Shown here: in pieces, positions 50,928 through 60,755 of the stretch
Layout of the letters: every line of letters starts with the position of its first letter
How positions within the stretch are numbered: the stretch's first letter is position 1
Assembly: GCA_963708075.1 (NCBI GenBank)
Contig: OY970194.1
Span: forward strand, 3,328,001 to 3,392,000
Direction of reading: 5' to 3'
Source: Sedimentisphaerales bacterium
Lineage (GTDB): Bacteria > Planctomycetota > Phycisphaerae > Sedimentisphaerales > Anaerobacaceae
Length of the DNA: 64,000 nt
The notes under the pieces: model-generated
Told to the model about the DNA's origin: nothing
What the model saw: only the letters and a program-made list of their open reading frames with translations
Databases searched by the model: none
Program-made: the position numbers and the translations under genes

Positions 50928-52532
50928 ATGCTGACAATCGCAAAGTCGTCTGTTCGGTCTGAGAATGCGGCAAGCCTGGGACGTGGAGCCAGATCGGCGT
51001 TCCTGCATCTTTTGCTTATCTGGATCGTGCCGGCGTGCCAGCCGGCAGCGCTCGCGGCACCGGATAAACTCGGCCCCGCTCTTCGCCAGGTGGAGCGACG
51101 GCTCGACGAGGAAGCCGGGAGGGATGCCTTTGAGCCGAATTCCCTCGCGTTTCAGCGGGCCACGGGAGAAACGCCTGCCAGAGAGGTCGCCTCGAAAAAG
51201 CCCGCCGCCGAGTATGTGCTGACGCTGGACGACTGCCTTCGACTGGCGTTCACTCAGAACAACGAGATCAAGCAGACGCGCGAGCAGATCCTTGGCGTCG
51301 GCGGCAGCAAGATCATCGCCAATTCGCGATTCCTGCCCGCCATCGAGTTGATCAACCAGTACGAGCGTCTCAGCGACTTCGATGCGGACGCAAAGGCGGA
51401 AAGCTACTCGTTCGGCGCCAGGATCACACAGCGAATCCTCGAATACGGCAAGGACAACCCCATCGACGTCACGCTGCGGGCGGAGCAGCGTGACGCCTTA
51501 TTCACCTATGAGACGCAGGTGGCGAGGGTGTTCTCACAGGTCCGCCGGAACTTCCTGCTGATCAAGCTGAAAGAGCAGCAGATCGCCACGCGCCAGGAGT
51601 TGCTGGAGCAGTTTGAGAAACAGTACGAGGTGAAACAACAGCGGTTGGAGGCGGGCAATCTCAGCGTCAAGATCGAGGTCCTGACAGCCCGGCTGAACGT
51701 CCTCAACGAGCGGACCCGCATCAACACGCTGAGCCGGGAGAGGTTCAACCGCATCATGGAATTGTTGCGGCTGGTCGGCCTGCCGGTCAGCGCAGACCGG
51801 ATCGTGCTTATCGGCGAGTTGGATGACTTTGGCCTTGGTCCATTCGATGCGGAGCAGATGGTCCGGCTTGCTCTGGCTCAAAGCAGTGGCGTGGCGCTGG
51901 CCCAGGCGATTGTGGGCGAAGGAGAAAGGTCGCTCGACCAGATTCGCTACGAGTACTGGCCGGACTTGCGATTCACCAGCGGCTACCAGGACCGCAACGG
52001 CAGCGCCGGGGCAACGATCTCCAATCAGAATGATACCTGGGGCCTCGACGTGATCGGCCAGCCGCGACTGCCGAGTTCCAGGGATGAAAGGGGACGAGGC
52101 CTGGGCCTCTTTGGAGATGAGGTGACGCTGGGCAGCCCGGACCCGGGCTGGTTTGCCGGGCTGCAACTGCGAATCCCGCTGGCTGATGGCAACATTCGCA
52201 AGGGCGAGAAGATCGAGGCCAGGGCCTTTCTCAACGCCGTCCGGGCGGCTCTTGCCGACCAGAAAGACCTCGTCGAGCTAGGGGTCCGTCAAAGCTACAA
52301 ATTCCTGGCCGAGCAGAATTTTCAGGTCGAAGTGGAACAGGAGAACGTCAAGATCGAGCGGGAGAGATTCCAGATCCAGGAGGAATTGAGGAACGCCGGC
52401 AAGATCACCGACGATCAGTTGGAGACGTTCCGCCGAACATTCTTCGCGGCTCAGGACGACCTGTTTCTCGCCCAGGAGGACCTGATCCAGCGACAGGAAG
52501 ATCTGCGTCTGACGATACGCTATTTCAAGTGA
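50928..52532 (+). CDS. TolC-family outer-membrane efflux protein
   Basis: Signal peptide; LTLDDCLRLAFTQNNEI; two OEP-like helical repeats (RLEAGNLS, ELRNAGKIT). Confidence 0.8.
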   Translation: MLTIAKSSVRSENAASLGRGARSAFLHLLLIWIVPACQPAALAAPDKLGPALRQVERRLDEEAGRDAFEPNSLAFQRATGETPAREVASKKPAAEYVLTLDDCLRLAFTQNNEIKQTREQILGVGGSKIIANSRFLPAIELINQYERLSDFDADAKAESYSFGARITQRILEYGKDNPIDVTLRAEQRDALFTYETQVARVFSQVRRNFLLIKLKEQQIATRQELLEQFEKQYEVKQQRLEAGNLSVKIEVLTARLNVLNERTRINTLSRERFNRIMELLRLVGLPVSADRIVLIGELDDFGLGPFDAEQMVRLALAQSSGVALAQAIVGEGERSLDQIRYEYWPDLRFTSGYQDRNGSAGATISNQNDTWGLDVIGQPRLPSSRDERGRGLGLFGDEVTLGSPDPGWFAGLQLRIPLADGNIRKGEKIEARAFLNAVRAALADQKDLVELGVRQSYKFLAEQNFQVEVEQENVKIERERFQIQEELRNAGKITDDQLETFRRTFFAAQDDLFLAQEDLIQRQEDLRLTIRYFK

Positions 52533-52545
52533 GGTGTGAAGGGAC

Positions 52546-54153
52546 ATGAGCGAGCGCAGCAAAATGGGATCGGCCGCACTGGCCGTACTCGTGCAGATGT
52601 CACTGGCACTGGCGGCCGGCATACAGGGCAATGAACCCAACAATCCACCCTCGGCGGAGGAGGCGACAAAGACCCGTACACAATTGCTCAACGAGCTGAA
52701 CCTCCGCACGGCGCAGGTCGATCTGGAGCACGCCAGGGAGGCCTACGAGCGCTATGAGGCCGAGCACAAGGAGGCGCAGGTCCTGTTCCAGAAAGGGATC
52801 ATGTCCCGCAAGGAGTTGGACGAGGCCGTGTCCGCCTACGCGCGGGCGGCACAGCAACTGAAGCAGGCGGAGATTCTATTGGAGAAGACCCGGCTGAGCT
52901 TCCTGGCCAATGCCACGCACATCACGATCGTGGAAGCCAAGAAGTACTACGACAACGAGGGCAGGCGCAAGCTTGACCTGGTCCTGAAGAACACCTCCAA
53001 TCTGCCCCAGGCCGAGTCAGCCCTCAGCCATCACGACCCCAACCTGCCGTCGCAGCCGACCTGGCAGAATCCCGAGCAGATCCGGGCCCTGCTCAACGTG
53101 GAGAACATCATCGTCTCGGTGGTCAAGGACACCGCCAGCATCAGCAAGCCGTATGAGGAAATCATCCCCGTCCTACCCTACGGCCAGCAGAAGAAGGTTG
53201 TTTTCGAGTTGCTCACCGACGTCGAGCAGGCGGGCGTCAAGCTCCAGTACCTGGACCAGACCGTCACGAACAGCATCTACCTGGAGAAGGAATCCCTGCA
53301 GGAGACTCCCACAGTCGTGGCCTCGCAGTTCTCGCTGGAGGGGGAGCTTGGCCAGGACGTACGTTATGACCTGGGACTGGAGATGCTGGTGACCTCGGAC
53401 CGCAACTTTTCGCTGGCCGTGACGAACATGCCCCCGCAGATCAATTGCTATTTTGTGGATTCAAGCAGCGGGTCGCGCGTCACGAGCGTGCGATTCACGC
53501 AGGAGGTCAGCAAGCACAACCTGAGCCTGCGCGCCTCGATTCCTCGCAAGCTTGACGTCGCCATGATTGATAAGCGGGTCGATTTCCAGGTCTGGGTCAC
53601 GACACCTGCTCAGATCGACCTGATCAATAAGCAGAAACGTCAGCACCCGGATACCGACTTGAGCAGCGAGGAGCTCGACCAGGTCGGCGCCGGCCGGATG
53701 GACCTGTCGCTCATTCCCAGGGGCGCCGGCCGACTCGAGATCCTCATCAACAACCTGTATTCTGAGATCAAGCCGCAGGAGCCCGTGATCATCCAGGCCG
53801 ACCTGCACAACGACGGAACGTTGACCCTGTTCAACATCGTCCCCGAGATCTCGCCGCCCCTGCGATGGGAGGCCGAGGTCGAGCCCAAGATCATCGAGCG
53901 GATGCAGCCGAACGAGCGGCAGAGTCTTCGCATCCGCCTGCAGCCGGGGGCCGATGTCGGCGTGGGCGAGTATGAGGCCCAGATCGAGGCCCGCGGCCAG
54001 TCCGGCAGCGAGACCATCGAAGCTCTCGAAAAGCGAGTGAAAGTCCGGATTAACGCGGAAACGAATATCAAGGCCAACCTGCTGCTGGTGGGTGGCCTGG
54101 TGTCCCTGATCGTCGTTATCATGGTCTTCGGCGTGAAACTCAGTCGCCGATGA
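52546..54153 (+). CDS. Exported protein with HlyD-like helical hairpin, NEW3/CARDB-like Ig domain and C-terminal membrane anchor
   Basis: AQVLFQKGIMSRKELDEA; LHNDGTLTLFNI...PPLRWEAEVEPKII...GEYEAQIEA; C-terminal TM ending KLSRR. Confidence 0.7.
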   Translation: MSERSKMGSAALAVLVQMSLALAAGIQGNEPNNPPSAEEATKTRTQLLNELNLRTAQVDLEHAREAYERYEAEHKEAQVLFQKGIMSRKELDEAVSAYARAAQQLKQAEILLEKTRLSFLANATHITIVEAKKYYDNEGRRKLDLVLKNTSNLPQAESALSHHDPNLPSQPTWQNPEQIRALLNVENIIVSVVKDTASISKPYEEIIPVLPYGQQKKVVFELLTDVEQAGVKLQYLDQTVTNSIYLEKESLQETPTVVASQFSLEGELGQDVRYDLGLEMLVTSDRNFSLAVTNMPPQINCYFVDSSSGSRVTSVRFTQEVSKHNLSLRASIPRKLDVAMIDKRVDFQVWVTTPAQIDLINKQKRQHPDTDLSSEELDQVGAGRMDLSLIPRGAGRLEILINNLYSEIKPQEPVIIQADLHNDGTLTLFNIVPEISPPLRWEAEVEPKIIERMQPNERQSLRIRLQPGADVGVGEYEAQIEARGQSGSETIEALEKRVKVRINAETNIKANLLLVGGLVSLIVVIMVFGVKLSRR

Positions 54154-54169
54154 AAGCCGGAGAAGTGCG

Positions 54170-54268
54170 GTGTTTCGTACATTGGTTGCCAAGGAAATTC
54201 TTGAGACGGTGCTCGATCTTCGCTTAGCCGTCGCGTCTGTGCAATTCAGCAAATACGACGTTCGGTAA
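54170..54268 (+). pseudogene. 32-aa internally deleted ABC permease paralogue
   Basis: SD GGAG, then GTG-FRTLVAKEILETVLDLRLAVASVQFSKYDVR-stop: permease N-terminus joined directly to the YDVR C-terminus. Confidence 0.75.
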
Positions 54269-54310
54269 CTGGGATTAGCGAATAGGCAATGAGAAACGGG
54301 AGAAACAAAG

Positions 54311-55030
54311 ATGATTGAACTAAGGGAACTGACCAAGCGTTACGAGGATGGCATTTTGGCGCTGGACCACGTCAGCTACACGATCCAGCCGGGCGAGATC
54401 TTCTGCCTGCTCGGCGCCAACGGGGCCGGCAAGACCACCACCGTGAACATCCTGCTGGATTTCATCCAGCCCACGAGCGGCTCGGCCTTTCTCAATGGCC
54501 ACGACTGCAACCGCTTCCCACTCGAGGCCAAGAAGTACGTTTCCTATGTTTCGGAGAACGTGCAGCTCTACGGCATGTTCACCGCACGGCAGAACCTGCG
54601 GTTCTTCGCGGAGCTCGGCGGCAAGAAGGGTCTGAAGAACCAGGAGCTGGACAACGTCATGCGCTCCGTGGGCCTGCCCGAGAAGGCGCTGACCATGCGG
54701 CTGAAGAACTACTCCAAGGGCATGCGCCAGAAGCTCGGCATCGCCATCGCCTTGATCAAGGACCCGCCCGCGATCATCATGGACGAGCCCACTAGCGGCC
54801 TCGACCCGAGAAGCGCCAATGAGTTTCTCGACCAGTTGCGAAAGCTCCGCGAGCGGGGCAAGGCTATCCTGATAACTACGCACGACATCTTCCGGGCCAA
54901 GCAGATTGCCGACCGTGTCGGCATCATGAAGCAGGGCCGCCTCGTCGCCGTGCGCAAGCGCGATGAGTTCAAGCACGCCGACCTGGAACAGATTTACCTG
55001 CGCGAGATGGAAGCGGCCGAAGCGGTCTGA
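54311..55030 (+). CDS. ABC transporter ATP-binding protein
   Basis: GANGAGKTT, YSKGMRQK, IIMDEPTSGLD, ITTHD. Confidence 0.95.
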   Translation: MIELRELTKRYEDGILALDHVSYTIQPGEIFCLLGANGAGKTTTVNILLDFIQPTSGSAFLNGHDCNRFPLEAKKYVSYVSENVQLYGMFTARQNLRFFAELGGKKGLKNQELDNVMRSVGLPEKALTMRLKNYSKGMRQKLGIAIALIKDPPAIIMDEPTSGLDPRSANEFLDQLRKLRERGKAILITTHDIFRAKQIADRVGIMKQGRLVAVRKRDEFKHADLEQIYLREMEAAEAV

Positions 55031-55069
55031 TCGCCGCCAATGGCCGGCTGTCAATGGAGGGACCAAATC

Positions 55070-56602
55070 ATGATCTGGAAAATCGCAGCCAAGGAATTCC
55101 TGCTGAACCTGATGACGTTCAAGTTCGTCGTGGGGACGATCCTGTGCATTGTCCTGGTGACAATCTTCGTGCCGGTGCTGGCGGAGGACTACCGGCAGAG
55201 ACTTCAGCAGTACGATCAACGGGTCGCAGACAACGAGGCCAAGTTGCGGGAGGTTAAAGCCTACCGGGTGCTCACGCCGACCGTGTATCGCCGGCCGCAG
55301 GTGCTTTCGGTCTTCAGCCAAGGCATGGAGAAGCGTCTGGGCGATTCGGCGAGGATCGACTTCGGCGTGATCCCCCAGATCGATGCCGGGCCGGCCGAGG
55401 TGAATCCATACCTGTCCATCTTCCCTGCGTTCGATGTCTTGCTGATCTTCAAGATCGTCATGAGCGCCTTGGCCCTGCTCGTGGCCTACGATGTCATTTC
55501 CCGTGAGAAGGAACAGGGCACGCTGAGTCTAATGCTGGCCCATCCTCTGCGCCGGGGACACGTGCTGCTCGGAAAGCTCGCCGCAGGGTCATTGACGTTG
55601 GCGGCTCCCACGACAGTCGCATTCATCGTCGGCCTGCTGTTGCTCTCGACCTCTCACTCGGCCGCGTTGGATGCGTCCGATTGGGTGAGAATCGCCGCGA
55701 TGTACGTTGTCTCCCTGCTATTCGTGTTAAGCATGTACAACATCGGCCTGCTGTTTTCATGTCTGACCCGAAGCTCGGCACTGGCGCTGGTCTTGGGGCT
55801 GTTCTTCTGGGTACTCGCTGTCGCGGTGGTCCCGGATGGCAGCGTCTACCTCGCCCGGCGTCTCCAACCCGTTCAAGCCGTGGAGACAAGAGATGAGCAG
55901 GTTGCTGCGCTCACAAAACAGTTCAGCGAGGACTTGTACGCAAGACTGGATGGCCTGCCCGACGGTGGGATAGAGCACGATGCGGGGGGCCCATTTGAAC
56001 CCTATGGGCCGCTGGGAGGCACGTTCGCTTACTATGCCACGATATGCACACCTGCAGGGTTAGACGCTTGGACGCGACGCGTTCAGGTCGAGGCGGCCGT
56101 GAAGATGGAGTATGCCGACAAGCTGCAAGACGTCGGCCGGCAATACGCCGACAGCCAACTCAGGCAGGCGGGTCTGGCCAAGTGCATCGGCATGATCTCG
56201 CCGACTTGCCTCTACGACAGTACTATGAGCGCGCTGGCGGGAACAGACGTGACGGCCTTTCAGTCGTGGGCGCAGACCGCCGGCGCATACCGCGAGGCCC
56301 TGATCACCTACATTCGCAATAAGACCGACAACCTGTGCTCCCCATCATATATCACTCAGTCCACTGAGGCGGAACGCATCGCATGGGAGAAAGCTCCCGA
56401 TCCTGAGCGCGACACGTTGAGAGAAGCGGCTGATCGACACACCGTTCCCCTGAACCTCCAAGACCTCCCGGCGTTCAGATACTCTGCCGATGTCATCCAG
56501 AGCCTTCGCGGGGCCGGGATCGATCTGATTCTATTGATAGCTTTCAACGTGCTGTTCTTTGCGTTGTCCTTCGCGGCGTTCCAGAAGTATGACGTGAGAT
56601 GA
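55070..56602 (+). CDS. ABC-2 type permease (type A)
   Basis: MIWKIAAKEFLLNL; YDVISREKEQGTLSLML...LLGK; ends FQKYDVR. Confidence 0.88.
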   Translation: MIWKIAAKEFLLNLMTFKFVVGTILCIVLVTIFVPVLAEDYRQRLQQYDQRVADNEAKLREVKAYRVLTPTVYRRPQVLSVFSQGMEKRLGDSARIDFGVIPQIDAGPAEVNPYLSIFPAFDVLLIFKIVMSALALLVAYDVISREKEQGTLSLMLAHPLRRGHVLLGKLAAGSLTLAAPTTVAFIVGLLLLSTSHSAALDASDWVRIAAMYVVSLLFVLSMYNIGLLFSCLTRSSALALVLGLFFWVLAVAVVPDGSVYLARRLQPVQAVETRDEQVAALTKQFSEDLYARLDGLPDGGIEHDAGGPFEPYGPLGGTFAYYATICTPAGLDAWTRRVQVEAAVKMEYADKLQDVGRQYADSQLRQAGLAKCIGMISPTCLYDSTMSALAGTDVTAFQSWAQTAGAYREALITYIRNKTDNLCSPSYITQSTEAERIAWEKAPDPERDTLREAADRHTVPLNLQDLPAFRYSADVIQSLRGAGIDLILLIAFNVLFFALSFAAFQKYDVR

Positions 56603-56641
56603 ACCGAATGGCGACTTGATCGCTTCGGCGGAGAAACCATC

Positions 56642-58060
56642 ATGTTCTACCGGATTGTACGGAAAGAAATCCTTGAGAACTTGCTGAGCCTGCGATTCAC
56701 GCTTTCGCTGCTGCTGACGGTATCACTCTTCGCGGCCGCCGCCTTCGTGTTTGTCGATGACCACCGGGAGCAACTGGATAACTACTGGCGCAGAACGAAT
56801 GCGAACGTCGCTGGCTTCCGGGAGCAGGCGGATCAACTGAACAAGGTCGCCTTCTATGAGCAGCACGTGTACAGCCGGCCGAAGCTGCTGGCGCTATGCG
56901 ACGGAGGATTCGAGCAGTCGCTTCCCCGACACGTCAGCTTCACCGGGTTCCGCATCGACCTGCCCCGACTCGCGGGCCAGAGCAATTTCGCCCTGCCGCG
57001 CTTCGCCTGCCTGGACTGGTCCTTCATCATCTCGCTGATTTTCAGCTTCATCGCATTTGTCTTCACATACGATTCCGTCTGTGGCGAGCGGGAACGGGGC
57101 ACGCTGCGTCTCATGCTGGCCGGGGCGGTGCCGAGGACCACGGTTCTTCTGGGCAAGTATGCCGGCCTGATGCTTACCCTGGGCATCCCCCTGCTGCTGG
57201 GGCTGCTGGTAAGTCTGATCATCGTGAGCGTATCGCAGATCGATGCATTTCACACCGGCACGTGGGCGAAAGTGCTGAGCATCGTCGCACTCTCTTTCAT
57301 CTACCTGTCTATTTTCGTGTTCATAGGCCTGTTCATATCCGCCCGGGCGTCGCGGCCGGCGAATTGCATGGCCACTCTGTTGTTTCTGTGGGTGACTCTG
57401 GTGATCCTCGTTCCGAGCCTGGGGAGGATCGCTGCGGACAAGCTTGGCCGTGGTTCACCACCCGTGGATCTGTACAAGGCCAAGGCCGAGGCCGTGCGCC
57501 GGGTGGAGGATGACGTTGGGGCCGGCAAATTTGGCGAACGTGCCGGCGCACGCACCCCCAATCCCAAGGAATGCAACCCGTCGGCGAGGGCACGGTACTG
57601 CAACGCCGAGGCGGAAGCGGTCAACCAGGTCATCGAAAGCTACCACAATCAGATGCTGGCCCAGGCCTTCGCCGGCCGCAGGCTCACGCGAATCTCCCCG
57701 GCCGTGGTGTATCGCACCGCCTCGGAGGCCTTTGCCGGCACTGGAATGCGTCGCTGCATCAATCTGTTTCGTCAAGTCCGGCAATACCAGGTGCAGCTTC
57801 GCGAATACGTGATCGGCGAGGACCGGGGTGATCCAGACAGTCTTCACCTGCTCTTCGACGAGGCGCATTCCGTCGCGGAGTGGAATGCGATCTCCAAGAA
57901 GCCTGTGAGTTTCGAAGGCGTGCCAACGTTCCAGGAGCGGGACTTCACGCTGGGTGAATCCCTGAGACTGGCCGTGTGGGACCTCGGCGCGCTGGCCCTG
58001 TTCAATCTGGTCTTCTTTGCGGCCGCTTTTGCTTCTTTTCTCAGGTATGACGTTCGGTGA
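56642..58060 (+). CDS. ABC-2 type permease (type B)
   Basis: MFYRIVRKEILENLLSLRF; YDSVCGERERGTLRLML...LLGKY; ends FLRYDVR. Confidence 0.9.
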   Translation: MFYRIVRKEILENLLSLRFTLSLLLTVSLFAAAAFVFVDDHREQLDNYWRRTNANVAGFREQADQLNKVAFYEQHVYSRPKLLALCDGGFEQSLPRHVSFTGFRIDLPRLAGQSNFALPRFACLDWSFIISLIFSFIAFVFTYDSVCGERERGTLRLMLAGAVPRTTVLLGKYAGLMLTLGIPLLLGLLVSLIIVSVSQIDAFHTGTWAKVLSIVALSFIYLSIFVFIGLFISARASRPANCMATLLFLWVTLVILVPSLGRIAADKLGRGSPPVDLYKAKAEAVRRVEDDVGAGKFGERAGARTPNPKECNPSARARYCNAEAEAVNQVIESYHNQMLAQAFAGRRLTRISPAVVYRTASEAFAGTGMRRCINLFRQVRQYQVQLREYVIGEDRGDPDSLHLLFDEAHSVAEWNAISKKPVSFEGVPTFQERDFTLGESLRLAVWDLGALALFNLVFFAAAFASFLRYDVR

Positions 58061-58084
58061 CTCAAGGAATGAAGGGAGATACTG

Positions 58085-60708
58085 ATGGCACGAGATGCTG
58101 CTAGATTGATTGCGGTCTCGGTTTTTTCCCTTGGCGTGCTCTTGTCCACGTGCGTCAGTGCGACATCAGCGGGAAACGATTCAAACCAAGCCGTGAGTCG
58201 GACGGCGTCCGCCGACAGCAACCGCCCCGCGGACGTGAACGAGGCTGTGCGTCCGGAGCAGAGAACCGAACAAGCTCGTCGCTTGGTGGAAGCTCGACGA
58301 CAACACCAGCGACAGCGTCGGCGCCATCGCTGGGACCGCAATTGGGAATCTGACCTATGCCTCCGGTAAGTCCGGGCAGGCACTCAGTCTCGACGGCGCC
58401 GGTTGCGTGGACTGCGGGAAACAGGACTCGCTGGATTTCGGCGCGGGCGACTGGGCCATATCCGCCTGGATAAAGACGACGCAGGCGGGCATAGAAAGCA
58501 CCAGCAAAGGAACCATCTTCGCCAATGGGGCGGACGAAGTCGGCGGGATACGGTACGCGCTGACTGTAAACGAAGTGGATTCGGGCAGGATTGCCCTGAC
58601 CACGGATGATGACCGGATGAAGGTACAGGCAACCGGCCGAACCGCCGTGAATGATGGAGCCTGGCACCATATCGTCGGGACAAGAGAAGGCGGGACGTTG
58701 CGCATCTATGTGGATGGCACGTTGGATGGAACGAGCGACCTTCCCGGCAAGCACGATCTCGCCGGCGCCTCCGGGCAAAACGCATATATCGGGGCCATCA
58801 GGGACAACAGGGACGGAAGCCTGTACAAGTACTTCGTCGGCCAGATCGATGAGGTTTGCGTCTTTGCGTGTGCGTTGGGCGACAGCCAAGCCAAGGCTTT
58901 GTACTCGGGCGCAGATCCGATGACGATTGCCGGCAGCGTGGATGACCAGCCAGCCACAACTGTCGATGCCATTGCGGTGGCCCCGGCGCCTGCGAAGAAG
59001 ACAGGCGGTAAGTGGTTTGGCCTGGCCGGGATCCTCGTGGCGGCCGGCCTGATTGCGTGGGCGTTTCGGTCCGTGATGAGACTGCCGATGAGTCGCAGGG
59101 ACATCAGCGGACCGCTGCGGCACCTGGCCCGCGGAGTGCCGGGTATGACCTGGAAGATCGCCAGGAAGGAATTCTTGCTGAACCTGATGACATTCAAGTT
59201 CACGGTGGGGACTGTGGTCTGCATCGTTCTGATGGCCGTGTTCATGCCCGGACTCGTGAGCGACTACGAGGAACGGCTGCAAAACTACAATGGGAATGTC
59301 GCCGGCAACGAGGCGGAGTTCCAGAAGGTCAAGGTCTATAACAATCTCACGCCCACCGTATACCGGGCGCCCACTGTCCTCTCGGTGTTCAGCAAAGGAA
59401 TCGTCGACCGTTTGGAGGCTTCGGAGCGGATCGACCTGGACGAGGTGTCTGGAACCGAGAACCGGTGTCGGGGAGGCGAACACGCTGCTCTCTGTCTTTC
59501 CGGCGATGGACGTGACGCTGATTCTCAAAATCGTCATCAGTGTCCTGGCCCTGCTCATGGCGTACGATGTCGTCTCCGGCGAGAGGGAGCAAGGAACGCT
59601 CCGGCTGATCCTGTCCAACACGACGCCCCGGCACCAGGTCCTGCTCGGCAAGCTCGTCGCGGGGTGGATGACCCTGGCGGTGCCGGTGACGGCGGCATTC
59701 ATCGTGGGCCTGTTGATCCTGCTGATGTCGAACGCCGTCAGCCTCGGCGGGGCAGACTGGCTTCGCATCGCGCTGATGTATCTCATCTCCCTGATCTTTG
59801 TCGGATCGATGTTCAACCTCGGACTCCTGCTGTCCTCCGTCAGCAGAAACTCCGCCATTTCCCTGGTTTTTGTGCTTTTTCTCTGGCTGGTCTTCGCGGC
59901 AATCCTTCCAAACGCCAGCGCCAACCTCGCCGCCCAGATCAGGCCGATCGAGTCTCCCGAGCAGTTCGCGGCCAAGCTCAAGGCGATCACGGACCAGCGC
60001 GACCAGGAAATCCGGGAGCTGGCCAGAGATGTCGATAGCAGCGGGGATCAATCGGAGTCCGACGCGGTGGGCGCCTTCGGCAATGGTCTCGTCCTGCTCT
60101 GCAACAAGGGCTACATGGACTACCACAGGCAGATGTATCCAATCACAGAGCCCTGCAAGATCCAGTGCATCGACAAGCTGTTGGACGTGAAGGCACAGTA
60201 CCTGAGCAGCCTGATGCGGCAGAAGCAGCTCGCGGACACCCTTTCCGGCATCACACCCATCCTCCTTTGCGAGCGCCTGATGTCGATGCTGGCGGGGACC
60301 GACTTCGGCAACTTCGGATCGTTTAAGAGTCGCGTGAGGGCGTACCGGCACGAAGTGGCGGACTACGTCCGCGACAAGACCGGGAATTTCTCCTCGGCGT
60401 GCTATTTCACACCCTACCCGGAAGGAGAGCACGAGAGATTGATGGAAGCGTACTTCAAGCCATATGAGGAGGCTCAGGACGAGAAGGCGAAAGCGAAGCT
60501 CTACGAAACCGCCAGGCAGAAGTACGAGCAGTTGGGGAAAGACGCGCCCACGCTTGCCCTGGAGGATTTTCCGAAGTTCACGTATCGGACCCAGCCCATC
60601 GCGGCGACACTGCAACAGGCGATTCCGGCCGCGGGGCTGTTGATCTTCGAAGGCGTCCTCTTCTTCGCATTGTCCTTTGTGGCGTTTCTCAGATATGACG
60701 TCAGATAA
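58085..60708 (+). CDS. LamG-like jellyroll domain fused to ABC-2 permease (type A); frameshifts at 58261-58267 and 59457-59463
   Basis: Signal peptide; LVAWWKLDD, GQALSLDG, ISAWIKT, DGAWHHIVG, IYVDG, GQIDEV; in frame with MTWKIARKEFLLNL at 59145; ends FLRYDVR; both breaks are GAGAACC. Confidence 0.75.
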
Positions 60709-60755
60709 CCTGCGGCCGTACCGGACAGAGTACTAAGCCTTTGGGAGAAAAACAC

